Shown: piece by piece, positions 63,144 through 64,000 of the stretch
Layout: each line of letters begins with the position of its first letter
How positions within the stretch are numbered: position 1 is the first letter of the stretch
Origin: an uncultured Chloroflexia bacterium
GTDB lineage: Bacteria > Chloroflexota > Anaerolineae > Anaerolineales > E44-bin32
Assembly: GCA_963783335.1 (NCBI GenBank)
Contig: CAWAND010000010.1
Span: forward strand, 1,397,990-1,461,989
DNA: 64,000 nt
Direction: 5' to 3'
Notes under the pieces: generated by a model
The model's database searches: none
Told to the model about the DNA's origin: nothing
Seen by the model: only the letters and a program-made list of their open reading frames with translations
Made by a program: the position numbers and the translations under genes

Positions 63144-64000
63144 ATGTCCACAGAACGCGAAAAAGCTCTTGATGCAGCCGTAGATCGCATCAAGAAACAG
63201 TACGGCGACGGTGCGGTGATGCGGCTGGGGGAGTCGGCGCATCAGGCGGTGGCGGCGATTCCGACGGGGTCGCTGGCGCTGGATCTTGCGCTGGGCGTGG
63301 GGGGCATCCCGCGGGGCCGGGTGACGGAGATCTATGGGCCGGAAGCGTCAGGGAAGACGACGCTGTGCCAGCATATCGTGGCCGAAGCGCAGAAGCTGGG
63401 GGGCGTGTGCGCCTACATCGACATGGAGCATGCGTTGGACCCGACGTATGCCAAGCGGTGCGGGGTGGACATTGACAATCTGTACATCTCGCAGCCGGAC
63501 ATGGGGGAGCAGGCGCTGGAGATCGCCGAGACGCTGGTGAGGAGCGGTGCGGTGGATGTGGTGGTGATCGACTCGGTGGCGGCGTTGGTGCCGCGAGCGG
63601 AGATTGAGGGGGACATGGGGGACGCCACGATGGGGGCGCAGGCGCGGCTGATGAGTCAGGCGCTGCGGAAGCTGTCGGGGGCGATCAAGCAGACGAATAC
63701 AGCCGTGATCTTCACCAACCAGCTGAGGCAGAAGATCGGGGTGATGTTTGGGAACCCGGAGACGACGACGGGAGGGGTGGCGTTGAAGTACTACTCGTCG
63801 GTGAGGCTGGATGTGAGGCGGATCGAGAGCATCAAAGTGGGGCAGGAGATCACAGGGAACCGGGCGCGAGTGCGGGTGGTGAAGAACAAGGTGGCGCCGC
63901 CATTTCGAGTGGCGGAGTTTGACATCATGTACAACGAAGGGATCTCGAAAGCCGGGGATCTGTTGGACATTGGGGTGGAGACGGAGTTGATTGAAAAGCG
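63144..64000 (+). CDS. recA: Recombinase A, 5' 285 codons (runs off right edge)
   Basis: Absent from ORF track because there is no stop in the window. ATG 63144. [47 protein letters not shown] (Walker A)..[45 protein letters not shown]. Confidence 0.95.
   Translation, partial: MSTEREKALDAAVDRIKKQYGDGAVMRLGESAHQAVAAIPTGSLALDLALGVGGIPRGRVTEIYGPEASGKTTLCQHIVAEAQKLGGVCAYIDMEHALDPTYAKRCGVDIDNLYISQPDMGEQALEIAETLVRSGAVDVVVIDSVAALVPRAEIEGDMGDATMGAQARLMSQALRKLSGAIKQTNTAVIFTNQLRQKIGVMFGNPETTTGGVALKYYSSVRLDVRRIESIKVGQEITGNRARVRVVKNKVAPPFRVAEFDIMYNEGISKAGDLLDIGVETELIEK

Noticed and set aside
1-64000. Mobile elements, prophage, CRISPR arrays, defence systems, rRNA/tRNA genes
   Set aside because: No transposase, integrase or Cas-like proteins, no spaced direct repeats and no terminal inverted repeats were seen. 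The only tandem repeat (29209-29253) is coding.

Overview
High-GC (about 60%) gene-dense bacterial chromosomal segment. I found no rRNA, tRNA, CRISPR array, transposase or integrase. The left 13 kb holds mixed-strand housekeeping genes: an hbd-thiolase operon, a HIT protein, birA, a GAF/HD-GYP protein, a penicillin-acylase homologue, gyrA, murI and rplS. From 13.0 kb to the right edge every gene I accept is on the + strand. In order these are an ECF sigma/anti-sigma pair with two paralogous membrane proteins, a DUF1800/DUF1501 pair, a PD40-repeat Ser/Thr kinase and folD. A roughly 38 kb block (21.9-60.3 kb) follows and is the most interesting content. It reads as a non-canonical purine/ureide degradation supercluster:
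- 8-oxoguanine-deaminase-like and adenine deaminases with a GntR regulator;
- two different carbamoyltransferases plus carbamate kinase;
- a BMP-type nucleoside ABC importer and two fold-type-II PLP enzymes;
- a hydantoinase and SsnA;
- a near-complete F420 tail-biosynthesis block with F420-dependent oxidoreductases;
- XdhC and a xanthine-dehydrogenase-type Mo hydroxylase whose subunit genes are separated by an AMP-nucleosidase-like protein;
- the selenium-dependent Mo-hydroxylase markers YqeB and YqeC-YgfJ.
The window ends with a CheY-like receiver, aspS behind a promoter/terminator-antiterminator leader, an orphan terminator, and an edge-truncated recA. Two sequence-level anomalies stand out. 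Six conserved genes are broken by single frameshifts, and four of these sit on GA(G/A)TTC, that is GANTC plus one extra T. recA also has a G3-dominated codon usage unlike every other gene here. The two edge-truncated genes (1..647 minus, 63144..64000 plus) are missing from the ORF track and were read directly from the sequence.
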